From the NCBI GenBank assembly GCA_017654855.1, contig CM030338.1, positions 992,001 through 1,056,000 on the forward strand: a stretch of 64,000 bases of DNA, written 5' to 3'. The notes beneath the pieces were generated by a model. It searched no databases and was not told the DNA's origin. It saw only the letters and a program-made list of their open reading frames with translations. Both the position numbers and the translations under genes were made by a program. Source of the stretch: Podospora anserina (lineage: Eukaryota). Below are positions 10,903-22,111 of this stretch, in pieces (within the stretch, counting starts at the first letter, position 1; every line of letters begins with the position of its first letter).

Positions 10903-13308
10903 ATGAGGTCACCAGCTGAAACAAAGTAAGACCCACTCTCCCCCTCTCGAGTCTCGAGTCCATTTATCACTAACACATAACTAACCACAGATTGAGGTGG
11001 GAGGAGACATTCAAGCATGGGACCAGGATATCTGACCTCCAACGGGCCATCAAATTCAACGGTCCAGAGAGTCCATGCGTAGCTGGTCTACGCTCTCTCT
11101 GTTGGAAGGGCTTCCTACTATTCCCGCACGCTCCCGCTGAAGAATGGCCTCAACTTTTGCGCCAACTTCGAGACTCATATGATACCCTGTGCGAACAGCA
11201 TCTCAAATTTATCAGGCACCCCGAACAACTAGCCGCCCTATCCTTCGATCCCCTTGCAGACGATCCCGACTCTCCTTGGATCACTGGGCGCCAAGATGAA
11301 GCCATCCGCGCCGAGATCCAGCAAGATGTTTCGCGGCTTCCCGATGATCCATTCTATCACCAGGAGGTCATTCAGACCATGATTCTGGATATCCTGTTCC
11401 TCTACTGCAAACTCAACCCTTCCGCCGGCGGGTACCGTCAGGGAATGCACGAGTTACTTGCGCCAATTGTCTATGTCGTTGCGCAGGACTCGGTGGACGG
11501 CAAGCAGTCTTCAGCGGTTGATACTTTCGATCCTACGATAGTGGAATTGTTGGACGCTTCTCAGGTCGAGCATGACTCCTTTGCCTTGTTCTCCAAGGTT
11601 ATGGACCGTGCTGGCGCTTTTTACGAGGTTGAGCAAAACACCATCGTCGAAAAAAGCAAATACATCCATGAAGTTGCCTTGCTCAAAATTGATGAGGAAC
11701 TTGCGAACCATTTGCGAGACATTGAAGTTCTGCCGCAAATATTCTTGATGTAAGTGTTTCTATTCCTCACATAGAAATCTCGGACAGTGACCCCATTGAC
11801 CAGCCTACCTTGTAGACGATGGATACGCCTCCTTTTTGGAAGAGAGTTTCCCTTTGAACAAACCATGATATTATGGGATGCCATCTTTGCCTTTGATCCC
11901 AACTTGGAGATGATAGATCTCATATGCGTAGCTATGCTTCTCAGGATTAGATGGACGCGTATGTCAACCTTTTAAGCACGCGTGGCATTGTCATAGCTAA
12001 CCATACCCTATATCAGTCCTCGAAGCTGAGTACTCGGTGGCACTTCAGCTGCTTCTGAAATATCCAGCCCCTCCACCACCGCACGGCCCTCACACCTTTG
12101 TCGACGATGCTTTATATTTGCAGAAACACTTTGATGCCGCGGGCGGTGTCGCACTAATCGCCAAATACAGCGGTAGACTGCCTGCGGCAGCATCAGTGGC
12201 ATCAACAGCAACCTCGACCCCTGCACGGTCATCCACCCCATCATTTTCAGGCTTTGGTTCACTCCGACAAAGAACTCTCGGTGCCAGGTCACCGTTATCT
12301 TCCACGACAAAACTCTTGCAGCAACCGGGTGGTGTGGAGGCTATCCTGCGCGGTGCTGCCAAAAATGTCATTGAGAAAAGCGAAAAACTCGGACTTAACG
12401 ATGCTGTCCGTGACGCTGTTGGGGAAATACGTCGCAACATGCAAGGCTTTCAAGAGTCTCGAAGTTCGCCCAGAATCAACAGATCACTGTTTCCCGGAAA
12501 CACTCTGGCTGTTTCCATTTGGGAGCAGAGGAATCGTCAGTTAGCAACCATGTTGGAAGAGTCAATCACGAACCTCAAACAGCTGGTGGCCTCTGACTTT
12601 GAGGGCGACAAGCAGAAACAGCTCGAGACAGTGGAACTTGCCACGGCCAAGATCCAGTACGTGAAGGCCTGCTTGGAGGATTCCACGCTGGATTTGCCAG
12701 AGGAAGAACCTCCGACGCTGGCAACATTGAGCATTTCCACCCTCCCCGAAATCAGATCGCCGACGGTTGCGTTGGATACCACACCGGTGGTTATGACATC
12801 ATCCGCCGTTGAAGAAGCCAGAAGTTCACTCTCGTCACCGGCTTCATCGGATAGAAGCAAGCAGCTGTCGTCGGTGCCGGAGGAGCCACATGTTGAACCT
12901 GTTGCGGAGGAAATGGTTGATAAGATGGACACCGATCCACCAGAAAGAAAACAAACACCACCGCCACCAGCCCCAGCCCCCGTCCCCAACCCAGAACCGT
13001 CGACTTCTGTTGGACAGACCCCTGCAACTAGCCCGACCCCTAAGGAGCGCCCGAAAGGACCAATACCTACACGGTCAACCTTGGCTCAGTCCTCTTTTGC
13101 GTGGATGTTGGAGCCAGACACTACAATATCAGCTGCTCGGTCGCCGCCGAGTAGGCCTCTGAGCAGCAGTGGAAAGAAGAAGCACAACCCCAGCCGGGAA
13201 AAGAACGCGTTCTTGTTTGGAGAAGTGGTTCCGAGTGATGGAGCGGCAGGGGAAAGGACAGTATCACCAGACGAGATCTTTGGACTGCAGCCGATCAGGA
13301 AGGGCTGA
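10903..13308 (+). CDS. TBC-domain Rab GTPase-activating protein (TBC1D5/Gyp6-like); 4 exons
   Basis: IQQDVSR (IxxDxxR arginine finger), YRQGMHELLAP (YxQ glutamine finger) and RWIRLLFGREF motifs. Introns at about 10926-10990, 11750-11815 and 11959-12016. Confidence 0.92.
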
Positions 13309-13451
13309 GTTTGACAAGGTCGGCTCAACTTCTCTTATAGACTGGTGTACCTAGCAATTTTTAATCTCGACAAGACCCAGCAAAATTCTCGCCGACATGG
13401 GGATCCCCTCTCTGTGGCCTTTCTTCCTTTTTAGTTCTCGTCCTTCTCTCC

Positions 13452-14049
13452 TTACCATGCCGTCCAGGGCAGCGCAGGGAGAGCAGGGAGAGCATTGAGA
13501 GCATTGAGAGCAGCGAGAGCAGTGATGGCACTACTACACGACCACAGCTCCCCACGAGGATATACAAATGGCGTGTTCTCCTTTACCACAGCAAGAACTT
13601 GGGCGTCCGCGGCAGGATCTTGCGGGGAAAAGGATCCCTGGCTCACCGTCCAGAAGAAGAAGACCTTTCTCGGCCACTGCGGGATGGACGTGTTGGGCGC
13701 CAGTGTCGTTTGGAAGTCGCAGATATCCGAAAGCGTGATACCGCTGTCCGGGTGGGGGACGACTCGGCGGGTTTCCCAGATGTACCGACCGGTGTATTTG
13801 GTCGGGAGGGTGGTGGTGGTGTGTGTTGATTCTGAGCATGGGCACGGCCAGGTGGTGTCTTCGCTGAAGAAGCAGTATTCGATGGGGGATTTTTGGTAGG
13901 CGGCGCCGGGGCCGGTCGTGAGGATTTCGTTTCGGAAGGGGGAGTGTGTTGCCAGCTTCAAGCGAGATGACGTGGGCGGGGAATTCAGATCCTCCTGATA
14001 AGCAGATATCGTACCTGAAGTCGTGAAGCTTGTTCCTCGTGTTCTCCAT
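13452..14049 (-). pseudogene. Possible frameshifted orphan gene
   Basis: The ATG ORF at 14049 and the overlapping ORF 13452..13961 could be joined by removing one base near 13965. No recognisable domain. Confidence 0.3.
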
Positions 14050-14156
14050 GGTACGAGGCCGCCACCGGATAACTCTAAAAAGCCACTTCCCTCCTATTTA
14101 ACTCACTGGCCTGTCACCAGGAGGAGTGCTGCTCGTAAGAGTCCCTCCGAATAAAG

Positions 14157-14930
14157 TCAGGTGAACCGAATGTCCGCATCTATGTCCCGTGCAGGACGAC
14201 CAAAGGGCTTCCACCCGGGTATCGTCATGCGGAGCTCCTTGAAAGTCTCCATCAACGCCTCATCCAAATCGTCTTCATCAAACTCCCATCTCTTTTCGGC
14301 GCGCCATTCATCCCACTTGGCCCACCGTCTCCTGCCGCCATCATGCACGAGCCAAAAGGTCTCAATGTGCCCAAAATCACACTCCATGGCAGGGCTGTGC
14401 CAGCCTGCCTCCCAGGAGGACCTATTAAAAGGAGAGTCGACGTCGTCCAGCAAAAGTTCAACCTCCTTGACACTTTTCAGCTTATCAATAAGCTCAAACA
14501 TGAAGTTCGAGACATATCCCTTCAAGCAGGGAACCGCCAGCCGCCTCGGTATCAACATCGTGGCAATATGATCAACAACGACCGTGTGCAGTGAGTCTTC
14601 CAAAACCAATGTGTCGAGCTCCCAGTTAGCCCACGTGTATTTTCTGTGCGAGGAGGATTCTTGACTATCGTCGTGGGGGGTGCAATCCAGGTACATTTTG
14701 TGATACACGGGGGGGTGACAAGAGGTTAAGAAGCTTCGTGCCTCGCGGCAGGTGTGCAGCGGTGCTGGAATCGGGGGTGGGCCGACGGCTGTGTCGTAGG
14801 TCTTGGAGGCACGGAGGGCGCGCAGTCTGCGGGGGATGGCGGTGAGTTCCCATATCTCCAAACGGATTTCGAAAGGAAGAAGGGGGAAGTGATGAAAGGT
14901 TTGGAGGTTGGCGGCTGATTCTGTTGTCAT
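14157..14930 (-). CDS. 2EXR-family protein (F-box-like N-terminus)
   Basis: FHHFPLLPFEIRLEIWELT...PIPAPLHTCREAR...YTWANWELDTL is the typical 2EXR motif series; intact 257-aa ORF. Confidence 0.85.
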   Translation of the reverse strand: MTTESAANLQTFHHFPLLPFEIRLEIWELTAIPRRLRALRASKTYDTAVGPPPIPAPLHTCREARSFLTSCHPPVYHKMYLDCTPHDDSQESSSHRKYTWANWELDTLVLEDSLHTVVVDHIATMLIPRRLAVPCLKGYVSNFMFELIDKLKSVKEVELLLDDVDSPFNRSSWEAGWHSPAMECDFGHIETFWLVHDGGRRRWAKWDEWRAEKRWEFDEDDLDEALMETFKELRMTIPGWKPFGRPARDIDADIRFT

Positions 14931-15080
14931 TTTAGATCGCTATCCCACTGCGTATGTGTGGTGATGAAGGGTGAGTACGGGTGGGTTTGGGTTGGAATGG
15001 CAGAGAGTTCCATTCTATCTTTTAGGCAGCTGCCTTCGTTGCCTGTCGCCTTGCCAATATCTCATAGGCGGCCCATGACA

Positions 15081-15876
15081 TCATGGAATATACACTACTA
15101 TCAAGTCTCCGCGGTCTCCAACGGGACGAACGGCCAGTCTTGATAATCTTATCCGGATAAGTCCTCCTCCTCTCCTCCCGCCACTGATCCAGCCACTCAT
15201 CCCACCTATCCCATCTAACTCTATCGCCGCCATTCTCGGCATCAATCCCCCTCGCAAGCGACGTAAACCTCCCTCAAGTTGTGGAAATACCTGCGCATAT
15301 GGCGTAAGTATGTACCCGTACGTTGGCTGGGGTTCAAGCCCCGCCCCTTCAACATCGTCCTCCCAGCCAAATGTCAACCTCAGCGTCTTGAACCGCAGAC
15401 GATAGGGGATGAATCTCTTGAGGTCAGATTTGCCTATTGAGAAGCTGTCAAGCTCCCAGCTTACCCACATATACTGATCGTAATCCACGTGACGGCCCCA
15501 ACCGTGCACCTGTCCGGGACTCTCTGTTTCACGAGGGAGACATGCCGAAAACTCTCGCTGATACACGGGATGTGACCCCCGAGTGAGGGCATTGCGGGCT
15601 TCGCTGCAGGTGTGAAGGGGGGCCGGGATGGGGGTCAGGCCGGTGATGAGGGCTGGGTACCACGGTCAGGGGTCCTCGCTGTTGGGTTGGGCGTCGGGGT
15701 TGTTTTTGTTTATGATGCGGACTTCCACTGTGCGAGGGGAGGCGGTAAAACGCCAGATCTCGGCGCCGAGTTCGAAGGGAAGATGGGGAAACAGGTGGAA
15801 GGTGGTGGTGGTGGTGGGGTTTGGTGATGGGTGTGTAGGTGGTGTAATAATATCCTTGGTGAATGTAGGGGCGATG
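15081..15876 (-). pseudogene. 2EXR-family pseudogene
   Basis: FHLFPHLPFELGAEIWRFT...PIPAPLHTCSEAR...YMWVSWELDSF. No in-frame ATG (ATC in start-like context), in-frame TGA at 15666-15668, and an apparent frameshift near 15272. Confidence 0.8.
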
Positions 15877-16023
15877 TTTCCGAGTGCCTAGGTGCCCCTC
15901 AGTTCACGATACGACACTAATGTCTTGCTTATCATTTGATCCCTTACAGTAGCGACTACCTGGCTATCCACCTGTTTCCCTCTGTCTGGAATACGACCAG
16001 GACTTCACGGCGCCCAGTCCTCA

Positions 16024-17049
16024 TCAACCATTACTCCCACCACTCTTTGATGCCCTCATCGTTATCTCCATGTTCACGTCATTGATATCAGGCATGCTGT
16101 ACCCCTTGGCTCTCAAATCCAGCAGGCTAATTTCCTCAACTTTCGCCCACTGACTCGGGGGCCACGTGGTATGGCGTACCACCGCATTTTCGGCGCCGCA
16201 AGGCCATAAGGGATCGTAGCACGCAGGCGCCAACCTAAACTCACTCGCTTCGTAGCAGGTGATGCAGATCGTTTTCACCTTCTCGAAAGCACTTAGTTTC
16301 CAAAGGTATTTGATTTCAGCTGCGCACATTGGACCACCCAGTATTGAAAACTGGAGATGCTTCACAAGGGGTGCGAAGGAGGCATAACTGGGAAATCCGC
16401 AATCAAAACCACTGTTCCACCTCAACTCCCTGGTGTCGAGGGTGTCGATCTCCCAATTGATCCACACATAGCGGCGCTGCCCAGTATCTCCTTCGAACTG
16501 GTTAACGGGGGCGAGTTCAGAGCCAGCCGTTGTATAGCCGGCCCTCATCAGCTCCCCGCGGGACTCGCGGCACACTTGCAAGACCGGAGGGGTCGGAGTT
16601 GGGGTGAGGAGGGTGAGTGAGATACGGAGTTGCATCGGCGGGGGTTCGCGTCGATAGGGGCTTGGACGGGCTGGACGACGAGACCAGAACTTGCCGCAGA
16701 CTTCGAGGTAAACGGTGCGAGGCTGGATGGTCAGACGCCAGATGTGAGCGCAGAGTTCGGCGGGGAGGCGAGAAAAGTAATGGAATTCCGGCTCCGGTTG
16801 GTGTTTCTTCGGTCTCCCCAGTTTCTTCCGGTTGTTCGCGTTCTTCTCCTGGTTTCTACCCCTTTTTCTTTTGGCTGTTGTATCGGTTTGAAAAGAGAGG
16901 GCTGTTGATTGTTGCAAGGCAAAGTGTGTAAGGACACAGGATGGACCAAGATACCTTGACTGTGGTTGCCCACAGAAGGCAGCAGCGAAGCTCTCCACGT
17001 GCCCCAGGTCCACCTGTATCTCCGAAAAAGGAGGAAATACTCCAGACAT
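16024..17049 (-). CDS. 2EXR-family protein with a basic N-terminal extension (start uncertain)
   Basis: FHYFSRLPAELCAHIWRLT...PTPPVLQVCRESR...YVWINWEIDTL; the frame is open for 349 codons. Confidence 0.75.
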   Translation of the reverse strand: MSGVFPPFSEIQVDLGHVESFAAAFCGQPQSRYLGPSCVLTHFALQQSTALSFQTDTTAKRKRGRNQEKNANNRKKLGRPKKHQPEPEFHYFSRLPAELCAHIWRLTIQPRTVYLEVCGKFWSRRPARPSPYRREPPPMQLRISLTLLTPTPTPPVLQVCRESRGELMRAGYTTAGSELAPVNQFEGDTGQRRYVWINWEIDTLDTRELRWNSGFDCGFPSYASFAPLVKHLQFSILGGPMCAAEIKYLWKLSAFEKVKTICITCYEASEFRLAPACYDPLWPCGAENAVVRHTTWPPSQWAKVEEISLLDLRAKGYSMPDINDVNMEITMRASKSGGSNG

Positions 17050-17701
17050 AAGAATGATCAGCCAAGCACTCAAGTGCTGGAAGATGAAAGGCGGAAGGTG
17101 AAAAAGCTATACAACAAGAGGGAAAGAGCAATCAATGATACGAGCGGCTTCCAAAAGACGACATTGTGAGGTGTATTTTGTGGGGGAAGGAGCGAGAAGT
17201 GAACAAGATTAAGGGAAGGAGCCTCCAAGTCAGCAAAACTCAGGGGAAGGAGCGATAGAGGTAGAAAATGTGATGGGAAAGAGCGAAAAATAGGTCTCAT
17301 CATGGAACCATAAAAACCGTCTATACCAGCGCTCCGGACATCAGAGCTGCATGAACATGCAACGCGGGGAACGGGACGGCTGATAGAAGAAAACCTCTTG
17401 ACTTCTGTGGTCGAGGTTCCTGAGATTTTCTGGCGGCTAAAGTCTTCCCCGAATACACGCATCTCGTAGAAAGAAAGCAGACTGCCGGGATGTCTGTACG
17501 TGGACGGCCGCGTCATGTCGATCAGGTCTTGTTTGTTCATGTGAGGCTTTTGAAAGTGAAAGACCCTAATCTCATTCTTCTTCTCTAGTCCTCCTTTTGC
17601 AGGCATTTACTCACGCCATGATCTTGTAGCTTTGACCATGAAACTCAACCCACAAAGCATCATGCCAGCAGTATAACCCACCACCAAACCATCCAACCAA
17701 A

Positions 17702-18529
17702 ATGTTGCCCTCCTCACCATCCCTCCTCCTCCTCCTCCTCCTCCTCACAGCTCTCCTCCTCCTCCTCCCCCTAACCACCGCCCAAACCACCACCCCTCCG
17801 ACCCCTACAGCCCCCCCAACCCCAACCGTCACCAAAATCATCTCCCTCTTCTACCTCAACGACCGCGCCCACGACGACTTCCCCCGGCCCTACACCCCCA
17901 CCCCGCACGCCATCCCCGGCCGTGTAATCGCCACCGACTCCCTCCTCAACTTAACAACCTACATCGTAACCAAAACCCAATCCTTCCCTGGCCGGCGTCG
18001 CCCCCCCTTTGGAAATAACCCACCCCCCTGGGCCAAAACCCTCACCTCACCCCCTTCATCCCTCCCAACACCATGGTGGCGCCCAAATTTTGGTGACAGG
18101 AACGGCACAGGCCAGCCGATTACCATCACCCAGGGCCCCTCAACATTCATGTTTACTGGTTCGAGGGGATGGGAAAAGGGGCAGAGTGTGGTTAATCGGT
18201 GTAGTTTGGGTGGGACGACAGAGGCGGTTTGTAATTTGACGCATGTGGGGAGCGCGTGGTATACGGGGGATAGGGAGTGGGAAGGGGAGTATTCGACTTA
18301 TAGTTATACGTGGACGGAGGGGGATAGGTTTGGGTTTGTGGGGGTTACTGTTACTGCTGGGGGGGAGATGTTGAGTGAAGAGAATGGGGGTGATGATGGG
18401 GTGGGGACGACGGGGAAGGAGGATGGCGTGAGGTCTGCTAATGGGGGGGTTGGCAGGAGGGGGGTGAATGGGGGGGTGATGATGGGGTGGGTGGTTTGGG
18501 TGGTGATGGGGTTGTTAGGGGGGTTATGA
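17702..18529 (+). CDS. Secreted, probably GPI-anchored Thr/Pro-rich cell-surface protein
   Basis: Leu-rich signal peptide ending TTA-Q; TITQGPST and CSLGGTTEAVC motifs; VTVTAG; hydrophobic C-terminal tail. Confidence 0.8.
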   Translation: MLPSSPSLLLLLLLLTALLLLLPLTTAQTTTPPTPTAPPTPTVTKIISLFYLNDRAHDDFPRPYTPTPHAIPGRVIATDSLLNLTTYIVTKTQSFPGRRRPPFGNNPPPWAKTLTSPPSSLPTPWWRPNFGDRNGTGQPITITQGPSTFMFTGSRGWEKGQSVVNRCSLGGTTEAVCNLTHVGSAWYTGDREWEGEYSTYSYTWTEGDRFGFVGVTVTAGGEMLSEENGGDDGVGTTGKEDGVRSANGGVGRRGVNGGVMMGWVVWVVMGLLGGL

Positions 18530-18782
18530 TAGGGAATGGATTTAGAACAAAAAGAAACGAGGGTTGGCAAAAGTTGATTGTATTTGGAGTAAAGTATGTG
18601 TGTTGTTGAGATGAAGACTGAGGTATTGTTTCGAAGGGAATTGTATAGGCAAACTGGCTGACATGGTTGTTTATTTTACGTTGTAAACAAAAGTCCTCAA
18701 AACCCTCACTACCGTTGAAAGCCGCTATGAACGACAAGAAGCTGTGGGAAAAGCCCTTTGTCTGTTGACGACAGTCCCTTCC

Positions 18783-19465
18783 TCAATCCTGTTCCTTGTG
18801 TGTGGCCTCATCCGACTGGGAACTCGCAATTGACCGTATTTCCCAGATCTGCACCCGCAGGTTCCGATCCTCCATCACCTTCTCCAACCCCAGCGTCTTC
18901 CCCCTCCCCTTCAAAACCCTACACAGGTCCGTATCCTTCCGAATCTTATCAAATACCGTCAAAATCTTCCCCGCATACGCAGGAGGAAACCTCATTCCCA
19001 ATCCCGTCTCACCTCCGTCCCAAACCTCCAATACTCATCCTCCGCCGAAATAACATGAAGCTTATCTCGAATTCCCCCCAAAAATTCCAATAGTCATCCA
19101 CCTCCCGAATAATATGAAAGCTCGTCGAGATTAGCAAACCTCTGCCCTCCGAGGAATATCTTGTCCCATTTAAACTTCAACTTCTGCACAAACCTCTCAT
19201 ACGGCAACACCGCCCGCTCAAACGCGCGCTTGTCGTCCCCGACGGAGATGATGCCCCTCTCCCAGTTAACCCAGATATACCTCTGCTCCAGCGGCCAAGG
19301 CTTCCACTCCGGCTCCAACGCCGGTAATCCCAGCTCGACCCGCTTCTCCCTCTCTTCCTTCTCCAGCCTGAGCTGCGTTTGAGACTTGAGACGTTGTTCG
19401 TCCTTGCCGGGCCTACCGAATCGGCCCCGATGAGGAGGTAGAGGTATCAAGCGAAATAGCCCCAC
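18783..19465 (-). pseudogene. 5'-truncated, frameshifted 2EXR-like fragment
   Basis: QRYIWVNWERGIIS...PYERFVQKLKF matches the mid-region of the neighbouring 2EXR paralogs. The N-terminal motif is absent and the frame breaks after 19094. Confidence 0.55.
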
Positions 19466-19583
19466 TTATACTGGCTAAAGACACGGTGCTTATAATAAGT
19501 TTTAATTCATTTTGCCTACCCATTTTATTACCCGCAAAGTTCATGATATACATTTGTCCAGACCCCAAATCCAGACAGATCCT

Positions 19584-21378
19584 CTAAATAGAAAGCTGAG
19601 CAGTAGAAGCCTTATCCAGCGACTCCTTGTAGTTAGCCAACTTGGCGGCGACCTCGCCGTTGCAGTAATCCTCGACAATCTTGGGGCAGTTGCCGATAAA
19701 CAGCTTGGGGTCGACAAGGCTGTCGATATCGCCCCAGACGGGACGGAAGAACTCGGTCTTCTTGATGCGCTCGAGAAGGTCGTTGCGGCCGCCCTGCTGC
19801 TTGACGACATCGGAAGCCTGGTGGGAGAGGACACGGACCTCCTCGTGGGCCTCCTGTCTGGAAACACCGTGGGTGGCGAGCTTCATGAGGATGGACTCGG
19901 TGGCCATGAAGGGGAGCTCCTGGTCGATGCGGGAGCGGATGACGCTTGGGTAGAGGACAATGCCGTTGGTAACATTGTCCAAGGCAAGGAGGATAGAGTC
20001 GGCAAGGAGGAACTGTCAAAGTTAGCCATGGTAACCAAGATGCACCGAACCCAAAACATACCATCTCGGGGATATCCATGCGGCGGATGGCGCTGTCATC
20101 AAGAGTTCTCTCAAACCACTGAGTTTCAAAAGTGGCAGTAAAGTCGGCAGGCAGACGGGCCAGCTTGCGGCCAAGAGCAGTGATACGCTCCGATCTCATG
20201 GGGTTTCTCTTGTAAGCCATGGCGGAGCTGCCAATCTGGCTCTTCTCAAAAGGCTCCTCCATCTCCTTCAGGTTGGCCAAATGTCTGATGTCGGAGCAGA
20301 TGCGCTGGGCAGTAGCCCCAAGAGCGCAGACAGCGTTGGCGACTCTGAGATCGACCTTGCGGGTGTAGGTTTGGGTGGAGATGGGGTAGGCAGAAGGGAA
20401 GCCAGCCTTCTTGCAGAGGATCTCGTTGAGTTGGACAATCTTGTCGGCGTTGCCCTCGAAGAGCTCCAAGAAGGTAGCCTGGGAACCGGTGGTGCCCTGG
20501 GCGCCACGGAACTGAAGTCTGTCACGGACAGTCTCGATGTCCTCGAGGTCCATCATCAGCTCCTGGATCCACTGGGCAGCACGCTTGCCAACGGTGATGA
20601 GCTGGGCCTGTTTGTGGTGTCAGTTACAGCCCAGTTTTGATCCCTTTAGAGAATACTGACAGGCTGGTAGTGAGTGAAACCGAGGGTAGGCAAGTCCTTG
20701 TACTTGAGGGCAAACACCTGCAAGTTCTGGATAACCTTGGCGAGCTTGGGAAGAATGAGGTCCAAAGCCTTCTTCTGGAAGATGAGATCGGCATTGTCGG
20801 TCACTGTTGATGTTAGTTCCCTTTTTCACTCTTCTTCTCTTTGCCAGTCCTCCAAAACTATTCCATCTCCCCAACCACATCCACCCCCAACCGAAAGAGC
20901 AAAAATCAAAACTCACCATAACAACTCGTAGCCCCCAAATGGATATGTCCAGCAGCCTTTGGCGCATCCTATACCTCCCCCCATTAACATCATCCCCCTT
21001 TCCCCTCCCCCCTTCCCCTCTCGAGTTACTCACCTCACCATAAGCATGCACATGCGCCATCACATCATGCCTAAACTTGGCCTCATACTCCCTCGCCTTG
21101 TCAAACGCCTCATCGCTCACCCTCACATTTTCCCTCATCTCCTGGATCGCATCCTCGGGGATCGGCAAGCCCAGCTCCCTCTCCGCCTCGGCAAGCCAAA
21201 CCCAGAGCTGGCGCCAGGTTGACGCGCGCTCCCGGGCAGAGAAGATGGTCATCATCTCTTGGGAGGCGTAGCGGGTGCTGAGGGGGGTCTTGAAAGTTTG
21301 CGTTAGTACATCATGTCATGGCAGGAATGAGAGAGTTGGGAGGGGAGAACATACGACATATTTATCGTAGCTGGACAT
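19584..21378 (-). CDS. ADE13: Adenylosuccinate lyase; multi-exon
   Basis: [30 protein letters not shown] and the fumarase/ASL signature [15 protein letters not shown]; several canonical introns. Confidence 0.97.
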
Positions 21379-22111
21379 TTTGGCGGTTGGTGTCTTTCTC
21401 TTCTTCTCACTTCTAAAGATTGATAATGAGAAAATAAGACGATATGAGAATGAGGCTCAAAAAGATAATAAAAGCTCAGCTCATACACAAGAAGAAAAAA
21501 AAAAGGAGGGGCACTCTCTCGGAACTTTTTTTTCCTAGCTACCAAGCAGCTGCGGTAAATCGCGGGGGAGGGGCAGAGGCAGCGTCACCGGCAACTGCTC
21601 CAGCTAGTCTGTGGGGTCCACTACTTGCAAATGTCATGTCCCCCCGCTGTCGGCCACCCCACATTGAAGCTTGTCTGACAGCCATGAAAGCTTCCGTGGG
21701 GGTGGACATGGTGATTGATCGCCATTTGATAATTTAACCTCAGATCAACATCATGTCATTCATGCCTCTTCACACCGCAACCATTGGCCAATCAATCCTC
21801 ACAATGAACAGTTCGGCTTCTCAGGCTACCTTCATCCCTGATAGAATTTTTCTTCATCTTTTCTTATAGAACTCCTCACACCGTCGTAAGACTCTTCCCT
21901 CTCTCTACCCCCCGACATATACATTTGCAAATAAATAAATACGAAACAAAATAACCGAACTCCCCCCCTTCCGCGAAATCCCGCTCACACACACAAAGCC
22001 AAATATCCTCCCCCACTATCATCACACCTCATTAACTTTCCCCTGTCATATCAATACACTACCACCGCTCCGTTCGGTCTATTCTTGATCATCTCTCACA
22101 AGACCGGCCTC

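Noticed and set aside
15325-15346. tRNA T-arm-like GGGGTTCAAGCCCC
   Set aside because: It lies in the 2EXR pseudogene and the rest of a cloverleaf is absent.
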